Below are positions 17,621 to 27,878 of a DNA stretch of 64,000 nt, piece by piece. Positions within the stretch are counted from its first letter, which is position 1, and every line of letters begins with the position of its first letter. The notes below the pieces were generated by a model, which worked only from the letters and a program-made list of their open reading frames with translations, did not search any database and was not told the DNA's origin. The stretch comes from Bryobacterales bacterium (lineage in GTDB: Bacteria; Acidobacteriota; Terriglobia; Bryobacterales; UBA6623): contig OZ242259.1 of the NCBI GenBank assembly GCA_965207035.1, positions 2,105,454 through 2,169,453 of the forward strand. The letters are read 5' to 3'. Both the position numbers and the translations under genes were made by a program.

Positions 17621-17899
17621 ATGCATACAACCAAATCCTCATGGACACGATCGGCAACCCAGCTTGCCGTTGGCTGCGTTCATGCAGCAGGCCTCGCGAA
17701 CCCGGGCCAAGCTGCCGGGATCGCCTCGCTCGGTGACAGTGAAGCCCCCCTGCCGGCCGAAGCATCGCCTTCGACACGGAACACAGACTCAGGGCTGGAG
17801 CGTCTGAAGGCGGGCAATTTCAAGAAACCGTCCGCAGTGTTTGCCTCGAATCTCAAGCGTCCCAATCTGGGCAATGGGACGTGGTCCCGGTCGCGCTGA
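17621..17899 (+). CDS. Small hypothetical protein (92 aa)
   Basis: A strong SD (AGGAG at 17611-17615) lies 5 nt before the ATG. I recognise no family, and the sequence is Ala/Ser/Pro-rich. Confidence 0.35.
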   Translation: MHTTKSSWTRSATQLAVGCVHAAGLANPGQAAGIASLGDSEAPLPAEASPSTRNTDSGLERLKAGNFKKPSAVFASNLKRPNLGNGTWSRSR

Positions 17900-17921
17900 A
17901 CGGGAAGCCTGAAGAGTAGAA

Positions 17922-18236
17922 ATGAACACGGAACTGATTATGGGTCTAACCGCCACCAGGATGGTTCTCGCTGCTGGTTGGCAGCTGTGCAACACCTCGA
18001 CGGATGGATTCGGAGAATCGAAAGACGCTGCCTCCTTCGGGGGGCGGGCTACCCACGGATCGGACACTTCAACTTGGTGTTGCATGGCGCAGGCCGGGCA
18101 GTTTGTTGTGCCAGTTAATGTGTGCACAGATATCGGGGTCACCGAGCCAAACGCGCTCGTCCGCATATTGGCGTCATTGACAACCCGCAACGGCCTAGGC
18201 GCCGATCCCGAATTCCTGTTGAGTCCTTCCATCTAA
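17922..18236 (+). CDS. Small Cys-containing hypothetical protein (104 aa), translationally coupled to response regulator 2
   Basis: The stop TAA (18234-18236) overlaps the RR2 ATG (18236-18238) as TAATG. It has four Cys residues including a CC pair. I recognise no family. Confidence 0.4.
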   Translation: MNTELIMGLTATRMVLAAGWQLCNTSTDGFGESKDAASFGGRATHGSDTSTWCCMAQAGQFVVPVNVCTDIGVTEPNALVRILASLTTRNGLGADPEFLLSPSI

Positions 18237-18928
18237 TGTCCTATCGCTTGCTGGTCGTAGAAGATGAGGCCTCCGTGCGCATCGGAATGGAGGACCGCCT
18301 CCGCGTCGCAGGCTACGACGTGGAGACCGTTGAGGATGGCGAGGCAGCCTTGGCCCGCGCCTTGCGCGGCGGGCTCGATGCCATCATCTTGGACGTGATG
18401 CTTCCTGCGGTCGACGGGGTGTCGGTCTGCGAGCAATTGCGCAGCTTGGGGTTCAACACGCCGATCCTGATGGTGACCGCCAAATCCGGGTTGGAAGAGA
18501 TGCTGCGAGGCTTCGCGGTCGGCGCGGACGATTACCTGACCAAGCCATTCGAGGCCCTCGAACTGCTCGCTAGGGTCAGGGCTGTCCTGAACCGCAGTCA
18601 GTTCACGATCGGCACGAAGACCGAGCGAAACACCGTGGTCGGAAACCTGCGTGTGGATTTTCGTAACAGCGTCGTCTGGAATGGCGGCCAGTCGGTGGGG
18701 CTGTCAACCAAGGAGCAAGGGCTCCTGCGCTTTTTTATGGAGCACCCCAATCAGGTCCTGAGCCGGGAACGTATCTTCGGGGCGGTCTGGAGAATCCCTC
18801 CGAACGAATCGTCTCGAACGGTCGATGTGCATGTCGCCTCGCTACGCAAGAAGATCGGGGACGATCCGGCCCGCCCCAGCCGAATTCGGACTGTCTACGG
18901 GGAGGGATATGAGTTCGTGCCTGATTGA
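18236..18928 (+). CDS. OmpR/PhoB-family response regulator (paralog 2)
   Basis: It starts MSYRLLVVEDE and is collinear with RR1 and clearly paralogous along its full length. Confidence 0.92.
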   Translation: MSYRLLVVEDEASVRIGMEDRLRVAGYDVETVEDGEAALARALRGGLDAIILDVMLPAVDGVSVCEQLRSLGFNTPILMVTAKSGLEEMLRGFAVGADDYLTKPFEALELLARVRAVLNRSQFTIGTKTERNTVVGNLRVDFRNSVVWNGGQSVGLSTKEQGLLRFFMEHPNQVLSRERIFGAVWRIPPNESSRTVDVHVASLRKKIGDDPARPSRIRTVYGEGYEFVPD

Positions 18929-19156
18929 TCGGGTCCCTCCGAAGCCCGAGTCTCCCGAACTCTTGCAAGTGATCAGGTTTGCCGTTCCCTCGCCACCGGC
19001 ACTAGGGCCTGGCAGTTCGACCGGGGTCTGCGGAGCGTCCTTGGCCTGCAGTGTGGGGTGCCGGGCATCCCGGGCTTCGAAGACGCGTCGTCGGAATCCG
19101 CCGATAGCGAGTCCGGCTCGGCCTGAGGGTGCTGGGGGAGCTGTTGCTGCGCCCGA

Positions 19157-21250
19157 GTGGCGGTGAAATCTGCCGTGATACGACCGAAACCGCAATTCCG
19201 CCGGGCCGCGAGGGGCAAGTCCAGTTATCTTGGACGGCTCCGAACGCGTCCCTGTCGACGCGACAGTGTCTTCTCGAATTCGCCGGTCTCTCGGCGATGG
19301 CGGATTGCGGGCTGGATCGGCGCGAGCTTTGCCCTCGTGGTGACGCTGGGAACTCTTCAGTTTCTATGGATCGGCCGAGTCAGCGAGTTCCAGGAGCAAG
19401 CGTTTCGGTCGACCCTGAGCAAACCGGTGGAAGGCAGTTTGGACCAGCTCCAATACGAGGCTCAGCTCCTCTTACAGACGTTCGCTCCGGATGTCGACAA
19501 GAATCCCTCCGATCGCCTGAAGAGTTACTCGGAACGCTATCTCTATTGGCATTCGACTTCGAAGCGAGGACCCTTGATCAGGAGGATCCTGTTCTATGAC
19601 ATCGCGCTGGATGGGCACGGAGAACTCACGGAGCTGCTGATCAAGCCTCCCAGCATTAAGCACGCGACTTGGGGCGAGGACCTCGCCCTCGTTCGCAGGC
19701 ATCTCGACGAATGGGATCGAGAGCCCGATCACTCCATTAACAGGCGCTGGGCTGTGACGTGGATGATGCATCCTGACGAAATGGCCATTTACAGACCGAT
19801 CATCACGCATGATCCGGGCGGGTTCGACCGATTGGGCTACGCCACGCTCTCAGGCTTTGTCATCCTCCAACTCAATCCGGACTTCATCCGCAACTACCTG
19901 ATACCGGAGATCCTGGCCGACCAGTTCCGTTTGTTGAACACGGCCTCCTCCTACACAGTGGGCATTCTTTTTCGCTGCAAGAATCCTCTCGAACGCAATC
20001 AGCTTGTCTATGATCCCGAGTTCGGGGGCGGGAGCGGATCGGCCGACAGCCCAGCCCGGTTCAGCGGCTACTCGCTGAGACCATTGGACTCGCCAGACAG
20101 ATTCCATCAGATCGGTCGGGCCGACTTCACCCGTGCGTTTCCGCTCTCAACGGAACGTGTATACGGGTCGATGAAGAAGCGCGGTGGGGTTCAACGTGTG
20201 CTGTTGCGGTCGAGGCTCGAGATCTCGCGATCGAGAGTTCTAAGCGGGATCGTTCCCAGCGGGGAAACGGACCAGGCCCGGCTCGGCGAATCTCGAACCG
20301 AAATCCCAGCCGCGACGCTTGGGTGGTCGAGCGACCGTCCAAGGCTGGTAGTGATAGCTGATGCTCCGTACGAAATCTACCTGCGGACGAGGCGCGCGGG
20401 GGTATCGGAGATGGAGAACGTCAACCGTGTGTACAAGCGCTCGGTCGCCATGGGGATGATCGTGCTCGTGTTGCTTGTCGGGGCGCTGGCGATGGCCGCG
20501 CAGTCCGAGAGGAATGCGGCGCGCCTCGCGGCGCTGCGGATCGACGCCGCGGTGTCCCAGTCACACCAGTTGCGCAATCCGCTGGCAGGGATCTCCATTC
20601 TCGCGGAGAACATGGTTGACGGGGCGCTCGGTCACGGAGGCAAAGCCATTGAGTATGGGAAACAGATTCAAGCGACCGCGCGGCGCCTCAACGAGCTCGT
20701 GAATCGGACAGTGCGACTGGTAGCTTTGGACTCGCCTATAGCCGGTCACGACCTCTCCATGACCGACGTCTCGGAGATCGCGAGGGCCGCCTTTGAGAGC
20801 GAGCGGGCCATGATCGAAGGCGCTGGATTCAAGGCAGAGTGCTCTTGTCCCGAAGGCTTGTCCGCCGTGCTGGTAGACGCCGAGGCTCTCCGGCTGAGTC
20901 TATGCGACCTACTGGGCAACGCGGTGAAGTATGGTCTGCCGGGACGGTGGGTCCGGATCGAAACCGACGAGACCGGCTCGACCCGCAGCCGCAAGGTGCG
21001 AATCCGAGTTTGCGACAGAGGGCAAGGCATGTCCGCTCGCGACGCGCAGATGGTGTTCGAGCCGTTCTACCGGGTGCCGGATGTCGCCAGGCCATCGATT
21101 CCCGGTTCTGGCCTGGGCTTGGCGCTGGCGCGCAATGCAATTGAGGGAATGGGGGGCACGCTGACCCTAGAAAGTGAGCTGGGCCGAGGAAGCGTCTTCA
21201 CAATTTCTTTCCCCGTGCCCGATCCTCCACTCCGATCGAAGGATGCCTGA
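19157..21250 (+). CDS. Sensor histidine kinase (paralog 2)
   Basis: It has a GTG start, the same architecture as HK1, H-box SHQLRNPLAGI, and LLGNAVKYG, DRGQG, GSGLGLALAR. Confidence 0.9.
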   Translation: MAVKSAVIRPKPQFRRAARGKSSYLGRLRTRPCRRDSVFSNSPVSRRWRIAGWIGASFALVVTLGTLQFLWIGRVSEFQEQAFRSTLSKPVEGSLDQLQYEAQLLLQTFAPDVDKNPSDRLKSYSERYLYWHSTSKRGPLIRRILFYDIALDGHGELTELLIKPPSIKHATWGEDLALVRRHLDEWDREPDHSINRRWAVTWMMHPDEMAIYRPIITHDPGGFDRLGYATLSGFVILQLNPDFIRNYLIPEILADQFRLLNTASSYTVGILFRCKNPLERNQLVYDPEFGGGSGSADSPARFSGYSLRPLDSPDRFHQIGRADFTRAFPLSTERVYGSMKKRGGVQRVLLRSRLEISRSRVLSGIVPSGETDQARLGESRTEIPAATLGWSSDRPRLVVIADAPYEIYLRTRRAGVSEMENVNRVYKRSVAMGMIVLVLLVGALAMAAQSERNAARLAALRIDAAVSQSHQLRNPLAGISILAENMVDGALGHGGKAIEYGKQIQATARRLNELVNRTVRLVALDSPIAGHDLSMTDVSEIARAAFESERAMIEGAGFKAECSCPEGLSAVLVDAEALRLSLCDLLGNAVKYGLPGRWVRIETDETGSTRSRKVRIRVCDRGQGMSARDAQMVFEPFYRVPDVARPSIPGSGLGLALARNAIEGMGGTLTLESELGRGSVFTISFPVPDPPLRSKDA

Positions 21251-22190
21251 AGGAGAGTCGGTCGAACTGCGAATGGAGGCAGTGCAGGCAGGCACCCACA
21301 CCCTGCCGACGCGGAAGACTTCACAAACAAACGCCCAGCAGTCAGAGACCTCGCCCACGACGATCGCTAAGGCGGTCACGTCGAGATGGGCGCGGGCGGT
21401 GGCGTGAGGCGAAGAGGAAGGGGGAGATCTCGCTGTCCCCGTGCTACGACACATTCGAACAGCCGGCCCACGAAACGGGCAGCAACGAACTTGGAACCAT
21501 CATCAAGATTCTCGATTGCAATAGACGAGAAGATTGGCAGCGCCGACCGAGTGCCTTGAGTATTCAAGTCATGCCCCATGCGTGAAGGACCGTGCAGAGC
21601 AGGATGGACTGGGGTGCTCGATTCCACACCGATAGAGGAATCGAAATGACGCTGGTGCATCCATCCATAGTTGCTTGGTCAGACTACGAGCAGATCACGT
21701 TAGATGTAATTCAATGTAAACCACACCCGTGCCGTGCATCCAGCGTGGACGGGACCGGACCGGGCCTGCGAGAGACGGTCTCGAGAACAGGACCGAGCGC
21801 GAACTCTAGCAGGCGCCGTCTCCGACAATCCGGTCATTTCGCATCTTCCTGCCACGTCCAGATCCTCTGGGCTCCAACCGCAGCATCCATGTTTCTAAAG
21901 GCAATCCTGAGCGCTGAGTGGATGTCGCCAGCCCCTCGGTGGATCTCCAGGTGGTCGGGATGTGCAGTCGGCAACGCCAGTCGCGCGCTGGTCGCACGAG
22001 CCCCGGCAAGGCTGGCACTGTGCGCCCGAGGCCTACGAACACGCAATTCTTGGCGACTGTCACCATGGGGACAAATTGTGTCTTCGACGTAGTGGCTTGT
22101 CTAACAATTGCCAAATGCTGTAATGTAATAGTCCAAGTGGAGACTCAACACCAGAAACCGCCAAGTTCCGTGACGCCTCGGAAGGTCATC

Positions 22191-22442
22191 ATGCCTGGAG
22201 GGGTGGCTCCCATGGAGGGTGCATCCCGGGACGGCGACATCGAGGGACTTGGGGACGCAGTTCCAGTCTCAAGGTCGCGCGGTCCCGGCATCGTCAGTAT
22301 CGCCGCGCACTTTCCTGAGGCCGTCCGGCGACAGTTGCGTATTATTGCAGCCCAGGAGGGCCGGACGAGCCAGTCGCTGCTCGGCGAGGCTCTCAACGAC
22401 CTTTTCCGGAAGCGTGGGCATCTCCCGATTGCGCCGGAATAG
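22191..22442 (+). CDS. Ribbon-helix-helix DNA-binding protein, diverged third paralog
   Basis: The core IVSIAAHFPEAVRRQLRIIAAQEGRTSQSLLGEALNDLFRKRGHLP aligns with the RHH cores at 15269 and 16327. An AT-rich patch lies upstream. Confidence 0.6.
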   Translation: MPGGVAPMEGASRDGDIEGLGDAVPVSRSRGPGIVSIAAHFPEAVRRQLRIIAAQEGRTSQSLLGEALNDLFRKRGHLPIAPE

Positions 22443-22949
22443 TCCGACTGCGGCAGAGCCGGACAGAACGGGCACTGGCCCGCTCCCGGTCGAGTTGACT
22501 CCCCACCTCCAGGGGGCCGAGCCTGAGACTTGCCAGGGTTGACCCCGCAGGGCACATGATTGGGTAACGACGAAGAGGGTCCTTGGGTCGGCGGGACGGC
22601 TCTGGGGAGCGAGTGAAGCGGCCCCATCACTGTGCCAACGGCCAAATCACTTGCCGGATTGAACGCTCATGGTTGGCCAGGCGCTCGCCCCCACGGCGTG
22701 AAACACGCAGTACGGTCAGGCTTGAAGAGTTGTCGGGCATTCCCCGCGGTCGCAGTCCACGATGCGTCGTACCGTGCTCCAGGGCAAGTCCTGCATAAGC
22801 TGCACGATTACCGCCCGGCCTTCGAACATGCAGATGACCCACTCGAAGCCCGCACGTTCCGGCCCGCACCGCAACGTCATGAGTGCCCGGAGCCGACCAG
22901 ACCGGAGGTTCGGGTCGCGACCGCGGTTTCTCTGGTGCAAGCCATTTGG

Positions 22950-23560
22950 AATCATCCAATTACTTGGTCCAATTCACAATTGGACGAATGATGGCTTTGT
23001 CGCTGCTCGACGGCCATTTCTGGAAGCGTATCCCCCTCGACCTGCTCGATTGTGAACCCGTCGAAGGGCGCGTCGTCATCGAGCGCATTGGCTAGTTGCT
23101 CCCACCAGCGCGACCCTGGGTCTCTCGCTGCCCTCCTCGCATCCGTCCGTGCCGGTGTACCGAGCCATGTCCAGCCACTGGATTGCCCAGCGCTCCCCGT
23201 AGTCCGGCGACTCGAGGAGACCATCCACAAGACGTTAGTGCGCTGCCGGCGCTGTCGGCCAAGCCCCCCGACCTACTCGACGGCGGCAGTCCAGTCAGGT
23301 CAAGGCTGAATCGGTGGACGAGCGGCGCCACAGGATCCTCCCGCAACGCTCGACGCCTTCCCGCTTGAGGCGGACCAAGACGAGCCGATCAATCGGGTCG
23401 GCGACCCAGGGCTCGTATTGCATCGCGGTAGACACACCTCCCCGAACTGGAAGGAACTCGCAGCGATCCTCATACCGGGAAGCCGCCTCCCTCGTGGCCG
23501 CTTGCGGTGAGTCCCGCCAATGCACCCTGGTCGATCCATGCCAAAAGCAGGCCGATATCC
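22950..23560 (-). pseudogene. DUF1549 (PSD1-type) protein relic with several frameshifts and an in-frame stop; DUF1553 part absent
   Basis: The motifs are spread over three minus-strand frames: WVADPIDRLVLVRLKREGVE, SLDLTGLPPS, (stop)[31 protein letters not shown] and [29 protein letters not shown]. Confidence 0.65.
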
Positions 23561-23723
23561 CTCGGCGGCAGGCGCTCATCGTTGAGGACCTGACCAAGTT
23601 CTCTACTTCGCCGGACAGGATCTGGATCGGTCGGCTTGCCGCGCTGTTGCCCGCCAAGACCGCTGACAGCCAGGCAGTTCCATCGGCTGCGCAGCCGAGT
23701 CGTCGCTCTCCGTCCGGCAAGGC

Positions 23724-25982
23724 CTAGTTGATTGAAATGCTCTCGCTCGAATGGACAAACAGCACGTCGTTTGCCCCTCGGAAGCTCATCAGTGCGTCCT
23801 TGGCTCTTTCCGGCTCGAGGTCGGTGGCTTGTAGCCCGGCGATGACAAGGTCGGCCGAGCCGGAGCGCCGGGTCACCTCGCGTTCCAGTGTCTCACCGAC
23901 ACGGCATGGGACGGCCGTTAACTGCTGCTTCGAGATGGGAAGCCGCCCCTCTGTCATCAGCTGCGAGAGCTTGTCAGCCTCGCGCTCCGCATCTTCGGAC
24001 TCGAAGCAAGCGAACAAGCGGATCTGGGCCTTCCTCCATTCCGGGTGACCGACGATGATGTACGCAAGCAGCATCATCATGGCCGCGCTCCGCTGGGTCT
24101 CCTGCGTTACCCACACGTGGATCGAGGCCTTGTAGCCGAAACGGAAGGGAGTAGACCGCAGGACCAGGACATTGAAGAGGGACTCCGACACCATCCGGGC
24201 TCCTTGCGCCACTTCGGCCAATTCTTCCGGACGCTCCTTGTCAAATTCGAACAGGATACAGTTGTTCGGCAGTCCGGAAATGCCTGGCATCTGGAGTGTC
24301 TGACTCAATGCCATTTCGAACGATGGGCAGATCAGTGAGTCCACGAATATTCCGGCCTTGCTCACCTCAGTTCGCTCGATGAGCGAACTCACTTGTGTGC
24401 GGGCCTCGATCTCCGCTCGAAACGAGTAGCCGCCCTCCACGAACTGGATGAAGTGTCCAAAACCGTGGCGGTGGGAGATCCATCGAAGCAGGTCGAAATG
24501 CCCCAGCCTGCCCGAGGCGTCGCGCGTCACCGCGACGATCGATGGGCGCCATCCCCCCATCGAACCCGTCGGACGGCTCTTCTGCAGAGTGATCTGTAGG
24601 CGTCTCGTGAGTTGGAACATCGTTCCCTGGAAGATCGCGGTCAGATCCCTTTCGCCGCGTCGCGAGCGACGTAGACCGGCGTAGACAAGCCCCATGAGCA
24701 GCAGCGAGACGAACGTGTACATCGCACTCATCTGAAGCATCATCAACCCGCACATCACCGCTCCCAGCAGGGACACGTACCACCGCGTGTGGAAAGTAGG
24801 GCGGTATGAGGGATTGCCCGCGAAGTACTCCAGGAACGATACGGCACAGAGAGCACCGTACGTGACCATGAAAAACATGCTGAGAATCTGGGCGATGAAG
24901 TCGATTCCCCCGGCCAGAACGAACACGAATGCGATCAGGGTCGAGATGCAGGTGGCCGTTACGGGCTCTTGGGCTTCCCCACGGCCCCGTTCCAGGAAGC
25001 GGTTCAGAGATGGAATCGGCAGTACGTTGTCCCGTGCCAACGCCTGGAGCGTTCTCGGGGCCACAAGGACTGAGCCCAAGGCCGAGGACAGCGCGGCGGC
25101 TGCCAAGCCGATGTAGATCGACGGGCCCCACAGCGCGATCTGAACCATGACGAACTGGTCCGCGGCGAGTGCTTCGGGGGTGGCACTCTGCGCCAGCTTG
25201 ATCGCCACGAGCGCGTACACGACCATTCCTGCCAGGGTCGCCCCAACCGTTCCCCGCGGAATGCTGCGCTGGGGATCCCTGAGGTCTCCCGAGAGTCCGA
25301 GGCCCGCGATCATCCCCGTGAAGGCGGGGAAGCATGTCGCGAAGACCGTGCCGAAACCATCGGCTTCGTCGATCGTGTCGGTGACATTGAGGCCGTCCGG
25401 GCGGATTGCTTCCGGCCCCTCACCCATCAGAAACGCCGCGATCGACGCGGCGAGGACGAGGCTGACCGCCCAGAGCGCTCGCACGCCCAGGTTCGCGCCC
25501 TTGGTGAGCAGGAGAATCGCAAGCAACGCGGTAGACAGCGCGCTGACCCAGCGCGAGTCCAGCTGGAACGCATACGTAGAGTCCAGCCACTCGTAGACTG
25601 GTGAGAACGCTTCGGCGAATGCCACGAGGTAGAAGGCGATCGAGATCGCCTGAGATAGGTAGAGCGCGATCCCGATCGTGCCGCCGATTCTGGTTCCGAA
25701 GGAGCGGCTGATGATGAAGTACGCTCCTCCGCCGGCTACCCGCCGGTTGGTCGCGATTTCCGACACGGCCAGTACGGTGGGTATGGTGACGAGGTGAGCC
25801 AGAAGAATGATAACGAGGCTTCCCCACAGGCCGACGTGAGCGACAGCGTAGCCAAATCGAAGAAACAGGATGGCGCCGAGGATCGTGCTGATCGAGGCCA
25901 GGAAAACCGGAGCTGTTCCGAAACCGTGCCCCGCACTTGCGTCCGCACCGGCCTGCTGGGCGTCAGAGCCAAACAATGACAT
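23724..25982 (-). CDS. Amino acid permease superfamily transporter, SLC12 (cation-chloride cotransporter)-like with a large cytoplasmic C-terminal domain
   Basis: It is 752 aa. The N-terminal half has about 12 hydrophobic segments (GAILFLRFGYAV..., GGAYFIISRSFG...). The soluble C-terminal half is ~300 aa. Confidence 0.8.
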   Translation of the reverse strand: MSLFGSDAQQAGADASAGHGFGTAPVFLASISTILGAILFLRFGYAVAHVGLWGSLVIILLAHLVTIPTVLAVSEIATNRRVAGGGAYFIISRSFGTRIGGTIGIALYLSQAISIAFYLVAFAEAFSPVYEWLDSTYAFQLDSRWVSALSTALLAILLLTKGANLGVRALWAVSLVLAASIAAFLMGEGPEAIRPDGLNVTDTIDEADGFGTVFATCFPAFTGMIAGLGLSGDLRDPQRSIPRGTVGATLAGMVVYALVAIKLAQSATPEALAADQFVMVQIALWGPSIYIGLAAAALSSALGSVLVAPRTLQALARDNVLPIPSLNRFLERGRGEAQEPVTATCISTLIAFVFVLAGGIDFIAQILSMFFMVTYGALCAVSFLEYFAGNPSYRPTFHTRWYVSLLGAVMCGLMMLQMSAMYTFVSLLLMGLVYAGLRRSRRGERDLTAIFQGTMFQLTRRLQITLQKSRPTGSMGGWRPSIVAVTRDASGRLGHFDLLRWISHRHGFGHFIQFVEGGYSFRAEIEARTQVSSLIERTEVSKAGIFVDSLICPSFEMALSQTLQMPGISGLPNNCILFEFDKERPEELAEVAQGARMVSESLFNVLVLRSTPFRFGYKASIHVWVTQETQRSAAMMMLLAYIIVGHPEWRKAQIRLFACFESEDAEREADKLSQLMTEGRLPISKQQLTAVPCRVGETLEREVTRRSGSADLVIAGLQATDLEPERAKDALMSFRGANDVLFVHSSESISIN

Positions 25983-26722
25983 TTCTTGGTGGTATCGGAC
26001 CTAGGGGTTTGCCCGACAGGCCCAATTCTATCGAGTCGCACTGCAGACTGCTGCGGCGGCAGTCCGGCCGGAGGCTGCATCGCAGGGCCTGTTGCCGCGC
26101 CCATAGCAAGAACGAGTCCGCCTTCAGCGAGTGCGCAGCAAACGTGACGTTTACGCCACAGCCTCACGGGCAGTACTCGACATGGCGTGCGTCCCTCACC
26201 CACAGTGCACGAACAGTCATCCCCCTCCGGACACCGATCCGCAGGTAGAGGCAGCCTTGACTGGCGCAGCTCTCGAGCCCTCGGGCCGCGATGCCGGGGC
26301 TCTGCCGGGCGATTTCCAACCGACGCCGTCCATAGTACGGCCGACGCGCAGTTGGCCTACAGAGTGGCCATGTCGATGTTGTCGAAGCTCCGCCCACGCC
26401 GAGGCACCTCTTGCCAGTCAATTCCTCACGCGGCCTTTCCAGCTTCGAGCGACCTAGACAGAATCGAGCCGGACGCTGCTTATTCCTGACCGTCCGATCC
26501 GATGCCCGGGCTGCCCTGCCTCGCAAGTGCGGTATGGCTGACCTCCAAGCGGTGTCGGTGATGCGGACGTACCGGAACGGCGGGTGCCCCGGGACTTCGC
26601 CAACGGTCCTCAACCGGCAGCAACTCGGCACGCTCCTAGACATGCTCCTGCACGAGAGTTTGAATGGCCAGTGGTGGACACGGCGTGGCTTGTTGCTCGA
26701 TCCGCAGGTGAGAAACGAAGAC

Positions 26723-27139
26723 CTACGCGCTGCACGGCCCTTCGACGCCACAAGCCTCCGCTGCGGCTGCGAGCTCCCGGTCCAGTGTTGCAAGTGGCAG
26801 CCTTAGCCGCAGCGCGAGCTCAAGGTACATCGCGTCGTAAACCGAGATCCCATTCGCTTCCGCAAGTTCGATTACCGCAGTCCACACTCGATCCGTTGTG
26901 ACGGGATCGATGTTGATCGGCAGCGTCTGGAGCGCCACCCGAATCCGGCGCCAGTCGTTTCTGGCAATCCTACCCCTGCGGGTCGCCATCAACAGCACGT
27001 TGCCTGTCTCTATCGGCCAAAGGGCCGGGACGAACGCGCTGTCTTCGATCAGGGACTCACGCAACCGATCTGTCGCCTCGCTGGCCTCGTCAGAAAAAAC
27101 CCACGCCATGGTCACGGAGCAGTCCAGCACGAATGCCAT
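26723..27139 (-). CDS. vapC: PIN-domain toxin (VapC-like)
   Basis: It has MAFVLDCSV (first Asp), ...ETGNVL... and ...VYDAMYLELA.... Its start shares 1 nt with the antitoxin stop codon. Confidence 0.85.
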   Translation of the reverse strand: MAFVLDCSVTMAWVFSDEASEATDRLRESLIEDSAFVPALWPIETGNVLLMATRRGRIARNDWRRIRVALQTLPINIDPVTTDRVWTAVIELAEANGISVYDAMYLELALRLRLPLATLDRELAAAAEACGVEGPCSA

Positions 27140-27381
27140 CAGAATCGGCGTCCCTCTTCGATCAGTTGGCGGACGGACACTCCCCCCAGGCTCTGCTTTT
27201 CCTGGAAGGCGGCCAAGTGATCGATCGCCGCACGGATTCTGGCGCTATCGCGCTCCCTGAACGGAATCAGCTCGGCCACGGGGCGATTGTGCTTGGTGAT
27301 GACGAATCGCTCCCCCTCCTGTACCCGCCGCAGAAGTTGCGGCAAATGGGTCTTCGCATCAAATGCACCAATCACGGACAC
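27139..27381 (-). CDS. Phd/YefM-type antitoxin
   Basis: It reads MSVIGAFDAKTHLPQLLRRVQEGERFVITKHNRPVAELIP and lies immediately upstream of the PIN gene. Confidence 0.85.
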   Translation of the reverse strand: MSVIGAFDAKTHLPQLLRRVQEGERFVITKHNRPVAELIPFRERDSARIRAAIDHLAAFQEKQSLGGVSVRQLIEEGRRF

Positions 27382-27878
27382 GTATTCGGACTCCTTGGCC
27401 TATGGAGGCGGCAAAACCAACCATACTCAGACTAGTCTATATATGCACTGCGGTCAACTCCCCCCGATTCCCTGACTCGCCGAAAGGTTGACGATTGGGC
27501 CAGGTTTGGGATTCCCTACACCTGCTCTTGTCGACGGAGCCTTGCCGGGAATCGCCATGGCATTGTCGTAGCGAGGGGGCGGCTCCAGCCATAGCGGTTG
27601 TAGGCTGGGAAACAAGGGCGCTGGCGCGCCGCCGGCTCCGCTATGTCGGTGACCTCCTCCCGTTCGACGGCACTCTCTCCGGTGGGTTCGCCGGTCGCCG
27701 AAAGGGTGCCCCGTTGTTGAATTCCGGGCTCTTCCAGCGGCGGATTTTCGGACTATTTTGGCGGCAGAATGGGGAGTTTTTCCGGACTACTTGTGATGCG
27801 TGACGGGTAGGAAGGGGGGCTGCCGACAGGGGGCTTGGCGCCAGAGTGGGGGCGATTGTGGTGAGGCCGAAACGGTCG

